Translations under genes and position numbers: made by a program
The notes under the pieces: generated by a model
Database searches by the model: none
Told to the model about the DNA's origin: nothing
The model's input: only the letters and a program-made list of their open reading frames with translations
Assembly (NCBI GenBank): GCA_001179505.1
Contig: CDMY01000443.1
Span: forward strand, 11,783-75,782
Length of the DNA: 64,000 bases
From: Vitrella brassicaformis CCMP3155
Taxonomy: Eukaryota; Protista; Chromerida
Reading direction: 5' to 3'
In this document: positions 38,225 through 50,058 of the stretch, piece after piece
Position numbering within the stretch: position 1 is the first letter of the stretch
Layout: each line of letters opens with the position of its first letter

Positions 38225-41200
38225 ATGCCTGGCTCTCCTCTCTCTCTCAACGGCACCGCAGCACCCGCCATCGCCCCGCTGTGGTACGCCAATGCCACCC
38301 AGAGGCCGCACCCGTCTGTAACCCTCCAGCAGCCCCCTGGACCGCAGACGCCGGAGGCTTCTGGTGACCAAGGCCAACTGAGCTGCTACGGCAAGTTCAT
38401 GCGGTGCATCGGATTCAACGAGTGCCCCTGCACTCGTTCATCTGATGCATCCGCAGCCGGGCAGCCAGTGGCCCGACAAGGGCTGGGAAAGGCGAGTCCG
38501 TGGCAACACGGTCAGGGCTCGCCGCCCGCCACACACACGGGGGAGTCACTGGCAGCCACAGCGCTTCAGCCAGCCCCCTACAGCAGCACCAACAGGCCGC
38601 CAATCTACTGCCGCTATCCGCCATCAAGGGCGGCCTTTCAGCACCAGCAGCGCGCCGAGCCCACCGCAGCACCCAGGACGACTTATCGTCCAAATATCGC
38701 GCGGCTGACTGGGAATGAAATGCGTCGAGCTGAGCCACATCGTGGCTTTCAGCAGGGAGGGGAAGGGGAGTCTCTATCGCACGGCCGACGGCCACAGATC
38801 TGGCGGCCACCCCAGCAGCAGCAGCTGTGTTTCCTGCGCCCTGTGTTTCGGGGAGTCCAGCTGCCCCCACCAGGCGGCCTAAGCCTGTCCAAGCTGCGGC
38901 AGCTGCGCCCAGTAGCCGGGGACCAAGGGCCTGAGCCGGCCATTGAGGAGGCCGAGAGCGAGGGGAGTGAGGAGGCCGATGAGGAGGACCATGGGGAGGA
39001 GGCTGAGGGTCAGGAGGGAGGACCCGTCGAGGGGCACGACGCTGTAGTGCATGATGCTGGTGTGAGTGAGGACTGCGTAGGATTTGTCGTTGGAGAAGGT
39101 GAGCGAGTGGGTGACGGGGCACACACAGACGGCATGGCGGGGAGGCAGACAGACAGAGGGAGGGAGGGAGGTCTGGCCTGACCGATCATTGTCCTGTTTG
39201 CNNNNNNNNNNNNNNNNNNNNNNNNNNNNNNNNNNNNNNNNNNNNNNNNNNNNNNNNNNNNNNNNNNNNNNNNNNNNNNNNNNNNNNNNNNNNNNNNNNN
39301 NNNNNNNNNNNNNNNNNNNNNNNNNNNNNNNNNNNNNNNNNNNNNNNNNNNNNNNNNNNNNNNNNNNNNNNNNNNNNNNNNNNNNNNNNNNNNNNNNNNN
39401 NNNNNNNNNNNNNNNNNNNNNNNNNNNNNNNNNNNNNNNNNNNNNNNNNNNNNNNNNNNNNNNNNNNNNNNNNNNNNNNNNNNNNNNNNNNNNNNNNNNN
39501 NTCCCACGAGCTGCACCCGCCCGCCCGCCAGAAGCCCCCTGGTTTAAAGGCGCCGGAGGCTCGTGGTGACCAAAGCGAACTGACCTCGTTTGGCAAGTTG
39601 ATGGCCTCTTGCGGCTTCGAGAAGTGCCCGCTCCACTACCTGCAGGGCGGCACCACCTGGTGCCGCAAGACGCAGGGCGGGCCTTCATCGGCCAACAAGG
39701 GCCACACTGCCGGCGGGTCGGTCGCTCGACAAGGGCTGGGAATGGCGAGTCCGTGGCAACACGGTCAGGGCTCGCCGCCCGCCGCCCACACGGGGGAGTC
39801 ACTGGCAGCCACAGCGCCTCAGCCAGCCCCCTACAGCAGCACCAACAGGCCGCCAATCTACTGCCGCTATCCGCCATCAAGGGCGGCCTTTCAGCACCAG
39901 CAGCGCGCCGAGCCCACCGCAGCACCCAGGACGACTTATCGTCCAAATATCGCGCGGCTGACTGGGAATGAAATGCGTCGAGCTGAGCCACATCGTGGCT
40001 TTCAGCAGGGAGGGGAAGGGGAGTCTCTGTCGCACGACCGACGGCCACAGATCTGGCGGCCCCCCCAGCAGCAGCAGCGGTGTTTGCTGCGCCCTGTTTT
40101 TCGGGGACGCCAGCTGCCCCCACCAGGCTGCCTAAGCCTGTCCAAGCTGCGGCAGCTGCGCCCAGTAGCCGGGGACCAAGGGCCTGAGCCGGCCATTGAG
40201 GAGGCCGAGAGCGAGGGGAGTGAGGAGGCCGATGAGGAGGACCATGGGGAGGAGGCTGAGGGTCAGGAGGGAGGACCCGTCGAGGGGCACGACGCTGTAG
40301 TGCATGATGCTGGTGTGAGTGAGGACTGCGTAGGATTTGTCGTTGGAGAAGGTGAGCGAGTGGGTGACGGGGCACACACAGACGGCATGGCGGGGAGGCA
40401 GACAGACAGAGGGAGGGAGGGAGGTCTGGCCTGACCGATCATTGTCCTGTTTGCTGTATGTTGGTCTCGATCGTCAGACCGTTTGTTTGAGCCATCGCAG
40501 CCGCGTCAGGAGCAGCCAGGCAGCCCCTCGCCGCCATCTACCGCTGCTGGCCATGGTGAGGCCTCTGACGGTTCATCACCGCTGCTGCCGCTCGCCGCCC
40601 CGTCTGATTCGGGCTCGCCCCTGCTGCCCCTCGCCGTCGCCGACTCACCCGCAGCAGCACCAGCAGCACCACCAGCAGCACCACAGGAGGGCATGTCAGA
40701 GGAGGCGCAGGCCATCTTGGCGGCCTTCCAGCCAGCGGGCCGCTATATGGTCCGCCGCAGCGAGAAGTACGCCATCATCGAGGGCCACTCTGACGGCCGT
40801 CGAGTGATGCTCAAGGGCATCGTCCCCGACGCCATCTGGCGGCTGGACGAGGGGACCAAGGAGCGGCTCAACGGGCAGCTGAGGGTCGAGGCGGAGGCGA
40901 TCGAGGCGCTCAAGGGCGTCGTGGGGGATGACGGCCTGCCGATTGCCGTCCCTATGCTGGCCTTCGGCGCCGTGGGGGCCGGCGGTCGGCGGTCGGTGGC
41001 GCTCATGGACGATGCATGGCACAAGTACCGTGAGGTGGGCTATGAGGGGGAGAGGCCGTCGACGCCAAACAGGATGGTGCAGGCCCTCATCGAGGGCTAC
41101 GTGATGATATCGGAATACGCAGGTGTGGATGGGCTGCACATGACAGAGGAGGGGACACGTGTGTCTGTCTGCATGTGTGTGTCTCTGCCTTGGCTGTTGA

Positions 41201-41400
41201 TTTCTCCCACTCAGCGATGTTGACGGAGGCCGACCGCATGACGTTGGAGCAACAGCAGCCACCACCCGCCCTGCCGTCGCCGCCAGCAGAGCCGTCACCG
41301 CCGTCGCCAGCGACGGAGAAACCGACTGCCTCCGCAGCGCCTGACCCCCAGGGTAAGACAATCCGCCAGACAGCCAGACGTTCATGACGGCGACAGCCCA

Positions 41401-41436
<36 letters not shown>

Positions 41437-41843
41437 TGGGTGTGTGTGGGTGTCCGATACGTCTCAGTTGACGAGAAGTGGGAGCAGTTCATGGCGGAGC
41501 ATGAGCGGCTGATGGGCAGCCTCGAGGGGTCGCCGCTGATCAACTTCCTCTTCTCCGACGCGCCGCGGGAGGAGGCCGCCGACGTCGGCGACAGTGGCGA
41601 TGAGGCCGACGAGAAGCGCGAGATCGAGTCGCCCCCACAGCCGGCCGAGGTGTGGGACGGGGCGGTCACCCTCCTCGACTTGTTCCACATCCGCGCCGGC
41701 TGGGTGCGCGACCCATCCACGCCCAAGGCCACCAGACGCCGTCTGCAGCTCATCCACCAGACGCTCCGCCGCCTGCAGCTGCCACCGGAGGCGCATCGAC
41801 GGCTGGTCATCTCGGTGCTGTCATCCCTGGCTGCCATGCACGC
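38225..41843 (+). CDS. Atypical protein-kinase-like family, right cluster: N-terminal exon copy A (38225-39201) and copy B (39502-41843), cut by gaps
   Basis: Low-complexity exon 1, then GRRVMLKGIVPDAIW...LRVEAEAIEALKG, then exons to ..LVISVLSSLAAMH at the gap. Confidence 0.75.
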
Positions 41844-42143
41844 NNNNNNNNNNNNNNNNNNNNNNNNNNNNNNNNNNNNNNNNNNNNNNNNNNNNNNNNN
41901 NNNNNNNNNNNNNNNNNNNNNNNNNNNNNNNNNNNNNNNNNNNNNNNNNNNNNNNNNNNNNNNNNNNNNNNNNNNNNNNNNNNNNNNNNNNNNNNNNNNN
42001 NNNNNNNNNNNNNNNNNNNNNNNNNNNNNNNNNNNNNNNNNNNNNNNNNNNNNNNNNNNNNNNNNNNNNNNNNNNNNNNNNNNNNNNNNNNNNNNNNNNN
42101 NNNNNNNNNNNNNNNNNNNNNNNNNNNNNNNNNNNNNNNNNNN

Positions 42144-45100
42144 GCATCGTCCCCGACGCCATCTGGCGGCTGGACGAGGGGACCAAGGAGCGGCTCAACG
42201 GGCAGCTGAGGGTCGAGGCGGAGGCGATCGAGGCGCTCAAGGGCGTCGTGGGGGATGACGGCCTGCCGATTGCCGTCCCTATGCTGGCCTTCGGCGCCGT
42301 GGGGGCCGACGGCTGACGATCGGTGGCCCTTATGGACGATGCATGGCACAACTACCGTGAGGCGGGCTATGAGGGGGAGCGGCCGTCGACGCCAAACAGG
42401 AGGGTGCAGGCCCTCATCGAGGGCTACGTGATGATATCGGAATACGCCGGTATGGATGGGCTGCACATGACAGGGGGGGGACACGTGTGTCTGTCTGCAT
42501 GTGTGTGTGTCTGCCTTCTCTGTTGATTTCTCCCACTCAGCGATGTTGACGGAGGCCGACCGCATGACGTTGGAGCAACAGCAGCCACCACCCGCCCTGC
42601 CGTCGCCGCCAGCAGAGCCGTCACCGCCGTCGCCAGCGACGGAGAAACCGACTCCCTCCGCAGCGCCTGACCCCCAGGGTAAGACAATCCGCCGGACAGC
42701 CAGACGTTCATGCCGGCGACAGCCCATCTCTTTCTCTTTGTGTGTGTGTGTGTGGGTGTCCGATACGTCTCAGTTGACGAGAAGTGGGAGCAGTTCATGG
42801 CGGAGCATGAGCGGCTGATGGGCGTCCTCGAGGGGTCGCCGCTGATCAACTTCCTCTTCTCCGACGCGCCGCAGGAGGAAGAGGCCGACGTCGGCGACAG
42901 TGGCGATGAGGCCGACGAGAAGCGCGAGATCGAGTCGCCCCCACAGCCGGCCGAGGTGTGGGACGGGGCGGTCACCCTCCTCGACTTGTTCCACATCCGC
43001 GCCGGCTGGGTGCGCAACCCATCCACGCCCAAGGCCACCAGACGCCGTCTGCAGCTCATCCACCAGACGCTGCGCCGCCTGCAGCTGTCACCGGAGGCCC
43101 ATCGACGTCTGGTCATCTCAGCGCTGTCGTCCCTGGCTGCCATGCACGCGGCTGACTGGGTCCACGGCGATACCAACGGCCAGAACGTTCTGGTCGTTTG
43201 GGACGCCGTCGCCCGCCGGCTGTGCAGCCAGTGGATCGACTTCGAGATGGCCAGACGTCAGGCGGAGACGCAGCAGCCGCTCCCCTCGCTGCCCCAGACC
43301 AAATTTGACGTCAAGCCCGCCCCCGTCCCGGCCCCCCACTGCGACCCGGAAGCGCTGAAGAAGGTCGCCGACACGATGGATGCCATCATCAACCGCGACA
43401 GCACCAGCCGACGGACGACCGAGGCGCCGCCCCCCACCCTGTTCGGCCCCGTCAGCAAGACCGCAGACATCTATACGGTGTGCTCCCTGGGGGCGGCCCT
43501 CCTGATGGCGCCACACATGAACCACCCGGCCGGCAGCAACCACAACTCCGAGATCTACGACGAGGCCGGTCCATTCTTCACCAGCGATGCCCACGGCACG
43601 CCCCTGTACGAGAAGCACTTCGCCAGCAAGGTGCAGAGGGAGACCGCGGCCATCAAGCGGGTCATCGACGGAGGTGCCCACCCCAGCGCCGCCGTGCAGG
43701 CGATCTCGAGAGAGAGGCACGTCGAGCGCTACCAGTGGCTGCGCAGTGCGGTGGAGAGGCGGTTGCGGTGGGAGCGGCAGCGGGGCGAGGGGGCGAGCCT
43801 GGAGGCCATCGAGGNNNNNNNNNNNNNNNNNNNNNNNNNNNNNNNNNNNNNNNNNNNNNNNNNNNNNNNNNNNNNNNNNNNNNNNNNNNNNNNNNNNNNN
43901 NNNNNNNNNNNNNNNNNNNNNNNNNNNNNNNNNNNNNNNNNNNNNNNNNNNNNNNNNNNNNNNNNNNNNNNNNNNNNNNNNNNNNNNNNNNNNNNNNNNN
44001 NNNNNNNNNNNNNNNNNNNNNNNNNNNNNNNNNNNNNNNNNNNNNNNNNNNNNNNNNNNNNNNNNNNNNNNNNNNNNNNNNNNNNNNNNNNNNNNNNNNN
44101 NNNNNNNNNNNNNNAGCGGCTGATGGGCGTCCTCGAGGGGTCGCCGCTGATCAACTTCCTCTTCTCCGACGCGCCGCAGGAGGAAGAGGCCGACGTCGGC
44201 GACAGTGGCGATGAGGCCGACGAGAAGCGCGAGATCGAGTCGCCCCCACAGCCGGCCGAGGTGTGGGACGGGGCGGTCACCCTCCTCGACTTGTTCCACA
44301 TCCGCGCCGGCTGGGTGCGCAACCCATCCACGCCCAAGGCCACCAGACGCCGTCTGCAGCTCATCCACCAGACGCTGCGCCGCCTGCAGCTGTCACCGGA
44401 GGCCCATCGACGTCTGGTCATCTCAGCGCTGTCGTCCCTGGCTGCCATGCACGCGGCTGACTGGGTCCACGGCGATACCAACGGCCAGAACGTTCTGGTC
44501 GTTTGGGACGCCGTCGCCCGCCGGCTGTGCAGCCAGTGGATCGACTTCGAGATGGCCAGACGTCAGGCGGAGACGCAGCAGCCGCTCCCCTCGCTGCCCC
44601 AGACCAAATTTGACGTCAAGCCCGCCCCCGTCCCGGCCCCCCACTGCGACCCGGAAGCGCTGAAGAAGGTCGCCGACACGATGGATGCCATCATCAACCG
44701 CGACAGCACCAGCCGACGGACGACCGAGGCGCCCCCCTCACCCTGTTCGGCCCCGTCAGCAAGACCGCAGACATCTATACGGTGTGCTCCCTGGGGGCGG
44801 CCCTCCTGATGGCGCCACACATGAACCACCCGGCCGGCAGCAACCACAACTCCGAGATCTACGACGAGGCCGGTCCATTCTTCACCAGCGATGCCCACGG
44901 CACGCCCCTGTACGAGAAGCACTTCGCCAGCAAGGTGCAGAGGGAGACCGCGGCCATCAAGCGGGTCATCGACGGAGGTGCCCACCCCAGCGCCGCCGTG
45001 CAGGCGATCTCGAGAGAGAGGCACGTCGAGCGCTACCAGTGGCTGCGCAGTGCGGTGGAGAGGCGGTTGCGGTGGGAGCGGCAGCGGGGCGAGGGGGCGA

Positions 45101-46332
45101 GCCTGGAGGCCATCGAGGAGCTCAGGATGGCCCAGCTGCTCATCGAGAAGGGCATGCATCCGCAGGAGGAGGNNNNNNNNNNNNNNNNNNNNNNNNNNNN
45201 NNNNNNNNNNNNNNNNNNNNNNNNNNNNNNNNNNNNNNNNNNNNNNNNNNNNNNNNNNNNNNNNNNNNNNNNNNNNNNNNNNNNNNNNNNNNNNNNNNNN
45301 NNNNNNNNNNNNNNNNNNNNNNNNNNNNNNNNNNNNNNNNNNNNNNNNNNNNNNNNNNNNNNNNNNNNNNNNNNNNNNNNNNNNNNNNNNNNNNNNNNNN
45401 NNNNNNNNNNNNNNNNNNNNNNNNNNNNNNNNNNNNNNNNNNNNNNNNNNNNNNNNNNNNNNNNNNNNNNNNATCCACCAGACGCTGCGCCGCCTGCAGC
45501 TGTCACCGGAGGCCCATCGACGTCTGGTCATCTCAGCGCTGTCGTCCCTGGCTGCCATGCACGCGGCTGACTGGGTCCACGGCGATACCAACGGCCAGAA
45601 CGTTCTGGTCGTTTGGGACGCCGTCGCCCGCCGGCTGTGCAGCCAGTGGATCGACTTCGAGATGGCCAGACGTCAGGCGGAGACGCAGCAGCCGCTCCCC
45701 TCGCTGCCCCAGACCAAATTTGACGTCAAGCCCGCCCCCGTCCCGGCCCCCCACTGCGACCCGGAAGCGCTGAAGAAGGTCGCCGACACGATGGATGCCA
45801 TCATCAACCGCGACAGCACCAGCCGACGGACGACCGAGGCGCCCCCCTCACCCTGTTCGGCCCCGTCAGCAAGGCCGCAGACGTCTATACGGTGTGCTCC
45901 CTGGGGGCGGCCGTCCTGATGGCGCCACACATGAACCACCCGGCCGGCAGCAACCACAACTCCGAGATCTACGACGAGGCCGGTCCATTCTTCACCAGCG
46001 ATGCCCACGGCACGCCCCTGTACGAGAAGCACTTCGCCAGCAAGGTGCAGAGGGAGACCGCGGCCATCAAGCGGGTCATCGACGGAGGTGCCCACCCCAG
46101 CGCCGCCGTGCAGGCGATCTCGAGAGAGGGGCACGTCGAGCGCTACCAGTGGCTGCGCAGTGCGGTGGAGAGGCGGTTGCGGTGGGAGCGGCAGCGGGGC
46201 GAGGGGGCGAGCCTGGAGGCCATCGAGGACCTCCAGATGGCCCAGCTGCTCATCGAGAAGGGCATGCATCCGCAGGAGGAGGAGAGGGCATCGCTGGCCG
46301 AGATAATCGCACTATTCTCGACTTCTTCGTGA
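42144..46332 (+). CDS. Further kinase-like copies or fragments (42144-43814, 44115-45172, 45473-46332) carrying the C-lobe; some with lesions
   Basis: AMHAADWVHGDTNGQNVLVVWD...QWIDFEMA...ADIYTVCSLGAALLM, with the stop at 46332. There is an in-frame TGA at 42314-42316. The copies at about 44735 and 45845 have a 1-nt deletion relative to 43425-43440. Confidence 0.75.
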
Positions 46333-46539
46333 CTAGGGCGGCGTCTAAGGGGGAGGGGAGGATTCGGCCGCCACATGCCATGACGGGGAGGGGAGGGTGC
46401 GTGATGGCATTGGCCTCTGGTTGGGGCGGATGCGTTCGGTGGGGGGGGCTCTGGCGGGTGTGGTCGGTGTGGCACACGGCGACTGCAGCATGGTGGTGGA
46501 CGGCTCGTGTTTCCTGGAGCTGAATGTGACCGCCTCCAA

Positions 46540-47030
46540 GAATCATTGCGGGCGAGAGCAGTGAGAGCAGCCCCATCTCGGTCAACGGCCCCGCAGCCAA
46601 CATCAACCACTTTCTGACCAGGCTGCTGTACACCCCACCCCCAGACATCACCGCCACCCAGACCGTCACCTTCACCCTCACACGCCGCCTCTCGCCCACC
46701 TCATCTCTCGCCCCTTCCTCCACATCCCAGCCCCTCACCGTCACCATCACGACCCAAGACGACCTTCCAGCCATCAGGTGGGCCGACGGCTCAGCCTTCC
46801 AGGGCTCATACCGAGTCATTGCCGGGCCGTCGCCGAAGGTGTTCTCCGACCTGGTTGTGTCGGACGTCGATGGAGCGTCGGCTGTGGGCGGGGCGGCGCG
46901 GGCGTTGGTGCGGTGGGAGCTGACGGTGGACAAGGGGACGCTGGAGCTCGGGGACACATCGGGGATTCTGTACGAGGACGGCACTGCCAACGATGCGAGT
47001 CGGGTGGTGGTCAGGGCCACATCCATCCAT
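46540..47030 (+). pseudogene. Gene fragment encoding a cadherin-like / bacterial giant-adhesin-type tandem repeat
   Basis: Open frame: PISVNGPAANINHFLTRLLYTPPPDITATQTVTFTL...LTVTITTQDDLPAI...VFSDLVVSDVDG...WELTVDKGTLEL...GILYEDGTANDASRVVVRAT. No start codon; there are upstream stops or a frameshift. Confidence 0.55.
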
Positions 47031-47483
47031 CCATTCGCTTTTTTCGTTCCGGGTACCTGCCTGCGTCCTGCCAGACTGCCTGCCTGTATATGTGTACGTA
47101 TTGCCTGGGTCTGCTGCATCGATCGATTAATCGCGTGCGTGAGTGAGGGCGTGTGTGTTGAGAGAGGGGGAGTTTTGTCGTGGGTGGGTCTGTCGTCGGC
47201 TTGTGTGGCGTCCGCCCTGTCTGTCACACGCACTGAGGTACGCACGCACACAGCACACAGCCCCCGGGACTCTATGCACTTTCTGTCTGTCGTGTGGTGT
47301 GTGCAGGTTGCTTGGTTGCTTTGCTACGCCAGCCCTTTGCTCTACTCTACTCGGTAAGTCGCCGAGTCACCGCCACCAACAAACAGATCGAGCCGTCAAT
47401 GTGGGTGAACATTTCGCAGGTTCCACCCTGATGACGCCCCCACTGCGTCTGCGTCAACTCTACTCCGTCAGCCTGCTACCGGA

Positions 47484-49692
47484 TCAGCTGGTACGGACCT
47501 TAACGCGCTCGCGACTAACGCGTGTATGCGTCCGTGTGTCATCCATCGTGTTGTGTGTGCTCTCGCCCTCTTTCTGCAGATCGATTCGTTGTGACTGATA
47601 TTGCTATTGCCTACTGCACGGGCTCACCGACGCGCAACCACGTACATCGCACGTACGCACCACCCACACACGAGACGCAGACACGACGGCACTGCACGCA
47701 CCCTTTGGTTGATGTGTTGTCCAACAGGCACAACGCCTATGTCAAGACGGGCCAATTGTGTGGGGGGATACAAAGCGCCCCGGTTCGCCTCGCGGTCCTT
47801 TACTCTACCAAAAGGTAAGTAATTACATGCTGCATCATAGCAGTCGACCATCCATCCATTCATCCATCCATCTGTGTCGGTCCATCAATCAGATGATACA
47901 CATGGTCGGTCCATAACGAAGCCAACCAGACCCTGGCGCCACTCACTATCCCTCGATCGCCCCATCGGCCCGCCCGCGTGAGGTGCCCAGGAAGGCCGGC
48001 GTCATCGATCCACCCCCCGCACCGCAGTTGAAGCAGCAGAAGCTTGCCGCACCAATTCCGTCTCTCGTCCCAGCTGCTGCTGCTGCTGCTGCCGCTGGCC
48101 AGGCACAGCCACCGGCACCGACCACCGGCAACGGTGACCGCATCGGGCAGCGCATTATGGGAGGCGGAGGGGATGTGGCCGACGAATCGACTGCGCACGG
48201 GGCGGCCATGGTCACCAAAGAGCTCGTGCCGAGGCGGGTTGATATGTGTAACCTTGAGAAGGTACGTGAGGGAGCACTGGACGCACCAAGCTGTGACCAA
48301 CCGGTGTGTCTCATGTGTGCGTGCCTTGGCAGGTGGGCCATGTCAGTCGTCCGAGCCAGCCCACGATGGGCGGGGGAAGGCCACTTCGGCCGTATCCCGT
48401 CCATCACCCGGGATGGCTCAGGCGATGTGTGTGGTGTGGGAGGGAGGCGTAGTCGCTTCGACAATCGTCTCGCCCACCCACACACAACACACATGCCCTC
48501 CCTGTGGCTGCCGACCAGCACTGTACCTCACTCTAGGACCAAGCCGTAAGCAACCCCCAAGCCCCAACCCCCCACACACGTGTGTGTCGCGTCCCATGGC
48601 TTTCTGTCCATCTCTGTGTTTTGTTCGCCAGTCCGCCACATGCGCGAGTGCTCATTGCCCGTCCCCGTGTGCTGGTCGTGGCCAATCCGACGTAGTGTTA
48701 GGGTCATTGGCCTTTCCCAAGCGGCCATGTCACTCGCAAATCGTAAGCACACGTGGATGGATGGATGGATGGATGAGGATCTGCACATCTTCTATGTGTG
48801 TGTGTCCATGCAGAGAGACACCAATCTCTGGCATGACGCCCTGGCTTAGCACCGCTCATTCTCACTCGACAAGCCGTCCCAGCCGCCACTTGGGAGAATC
48901 TTCCTTGCAGACAGACAGCGTGCTGTTTGTCGGACGGACTGCATCTGTGCGGGCGGACCGACAAGAACGCCCTTTGCTCACGACCAAACAGCACCCTGAT
49001 GCTGGTACGAACAAAACCGAGAAAACACCGTACCAGTGCGGTCAANNNNNNNNNNNNNNNNNNNNNNNNNNNNNNNNNNNNNNNNNNNNNNNNNNNNNNN
49101 NNNNNNNNNNNNNNNNNNNNNNNNNNNNNNNNNNNNNNNNNNNNNNNNNNNNNNNNNNNNNNNNNNNNNNNNNNNNNNNNNNNNNNNNNNNNNNNNNNNN
49201 NNNNNNNNNNNNNNNNNNNNNNNNNNNNNNNNNNNNNNNNNNNNNNNNNNNNNNNNNNNNNNNNNNNNNNNNNNNNNNNNNNNNNNNNNNNNNNNNNNNN
49301 NNNNNNNNNNNNNNNNNNNNNNNNNNNNNNNNNNNNNNNNNNNNNCTGCCATCCATCAATGCATGCAGTGGGTGACCAACGGGGCGGTGTCTGTGAGGGT
49401 GGAGTGGGGGTGGACACATGGCGGCGGATGACTGAGAGTCATCCATCCAGTTGGGGAGGGCTCTTTCCTTTCCCTTCACGGCTGTCCGGCTCTCATAAGC
49501 TCCGGAGCGGTCGGTGTCAGTTGGGTGTGAGTTGGGTGTGCACGACTGGCGCATGAGCGTGTGACTCTATTTGTGAGCGTCGACACGGTGTGGTGGGTGG
49601 TGAACGATTTGTGCGTACAGACGACTGACTGTCCATGGCTATGTCGACGTCCTGCCTGACTCGCCGATGTGTGGAGATCTCTTTGTAACGAA
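47484..49692 (+). repeat. Left arm of a long inverted repeat (gap at 49046-49345); outer boundary not determinable
   Basis: 47484-49045 is the reverse complement of about 64000-62445, and 49346-49692 of about 60025-59675, with scattered substitutions. Confidence 0.92.
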
Positions 49693-50058
49693 TCCACTCG
49701 CTGTGTGTGTACCGCGGCAAACTACAGGCCACACAGCAGGCAGGCAGGTCGTGTGTTGTGCTGCGGCTGGCCAGCGGCCGATCGATTTACTTGTCTGCGG
49801 AGAGTGAATGCTTAATTGCTTTATCGGCCTGATCTCACTTGATTTGTGTCGATTTGCTCACTTGATTTGCTCACCGACGGTTGATCATCCCACGAACAGC
49901 AGTTGACATCGAAGCCATGTCTCGTGCACGCCAAAATTGTGACTGAGTGCCTGTCTCTTGTCAGTCGATCTCTCCATCCATCCATTGATCCATCCATCCA
50001 TCCCTCCGTCCGTCCGTCTGTCTGTCTGTCTGTTGCGTCTGTTTGTTCGAGTCAGCTC

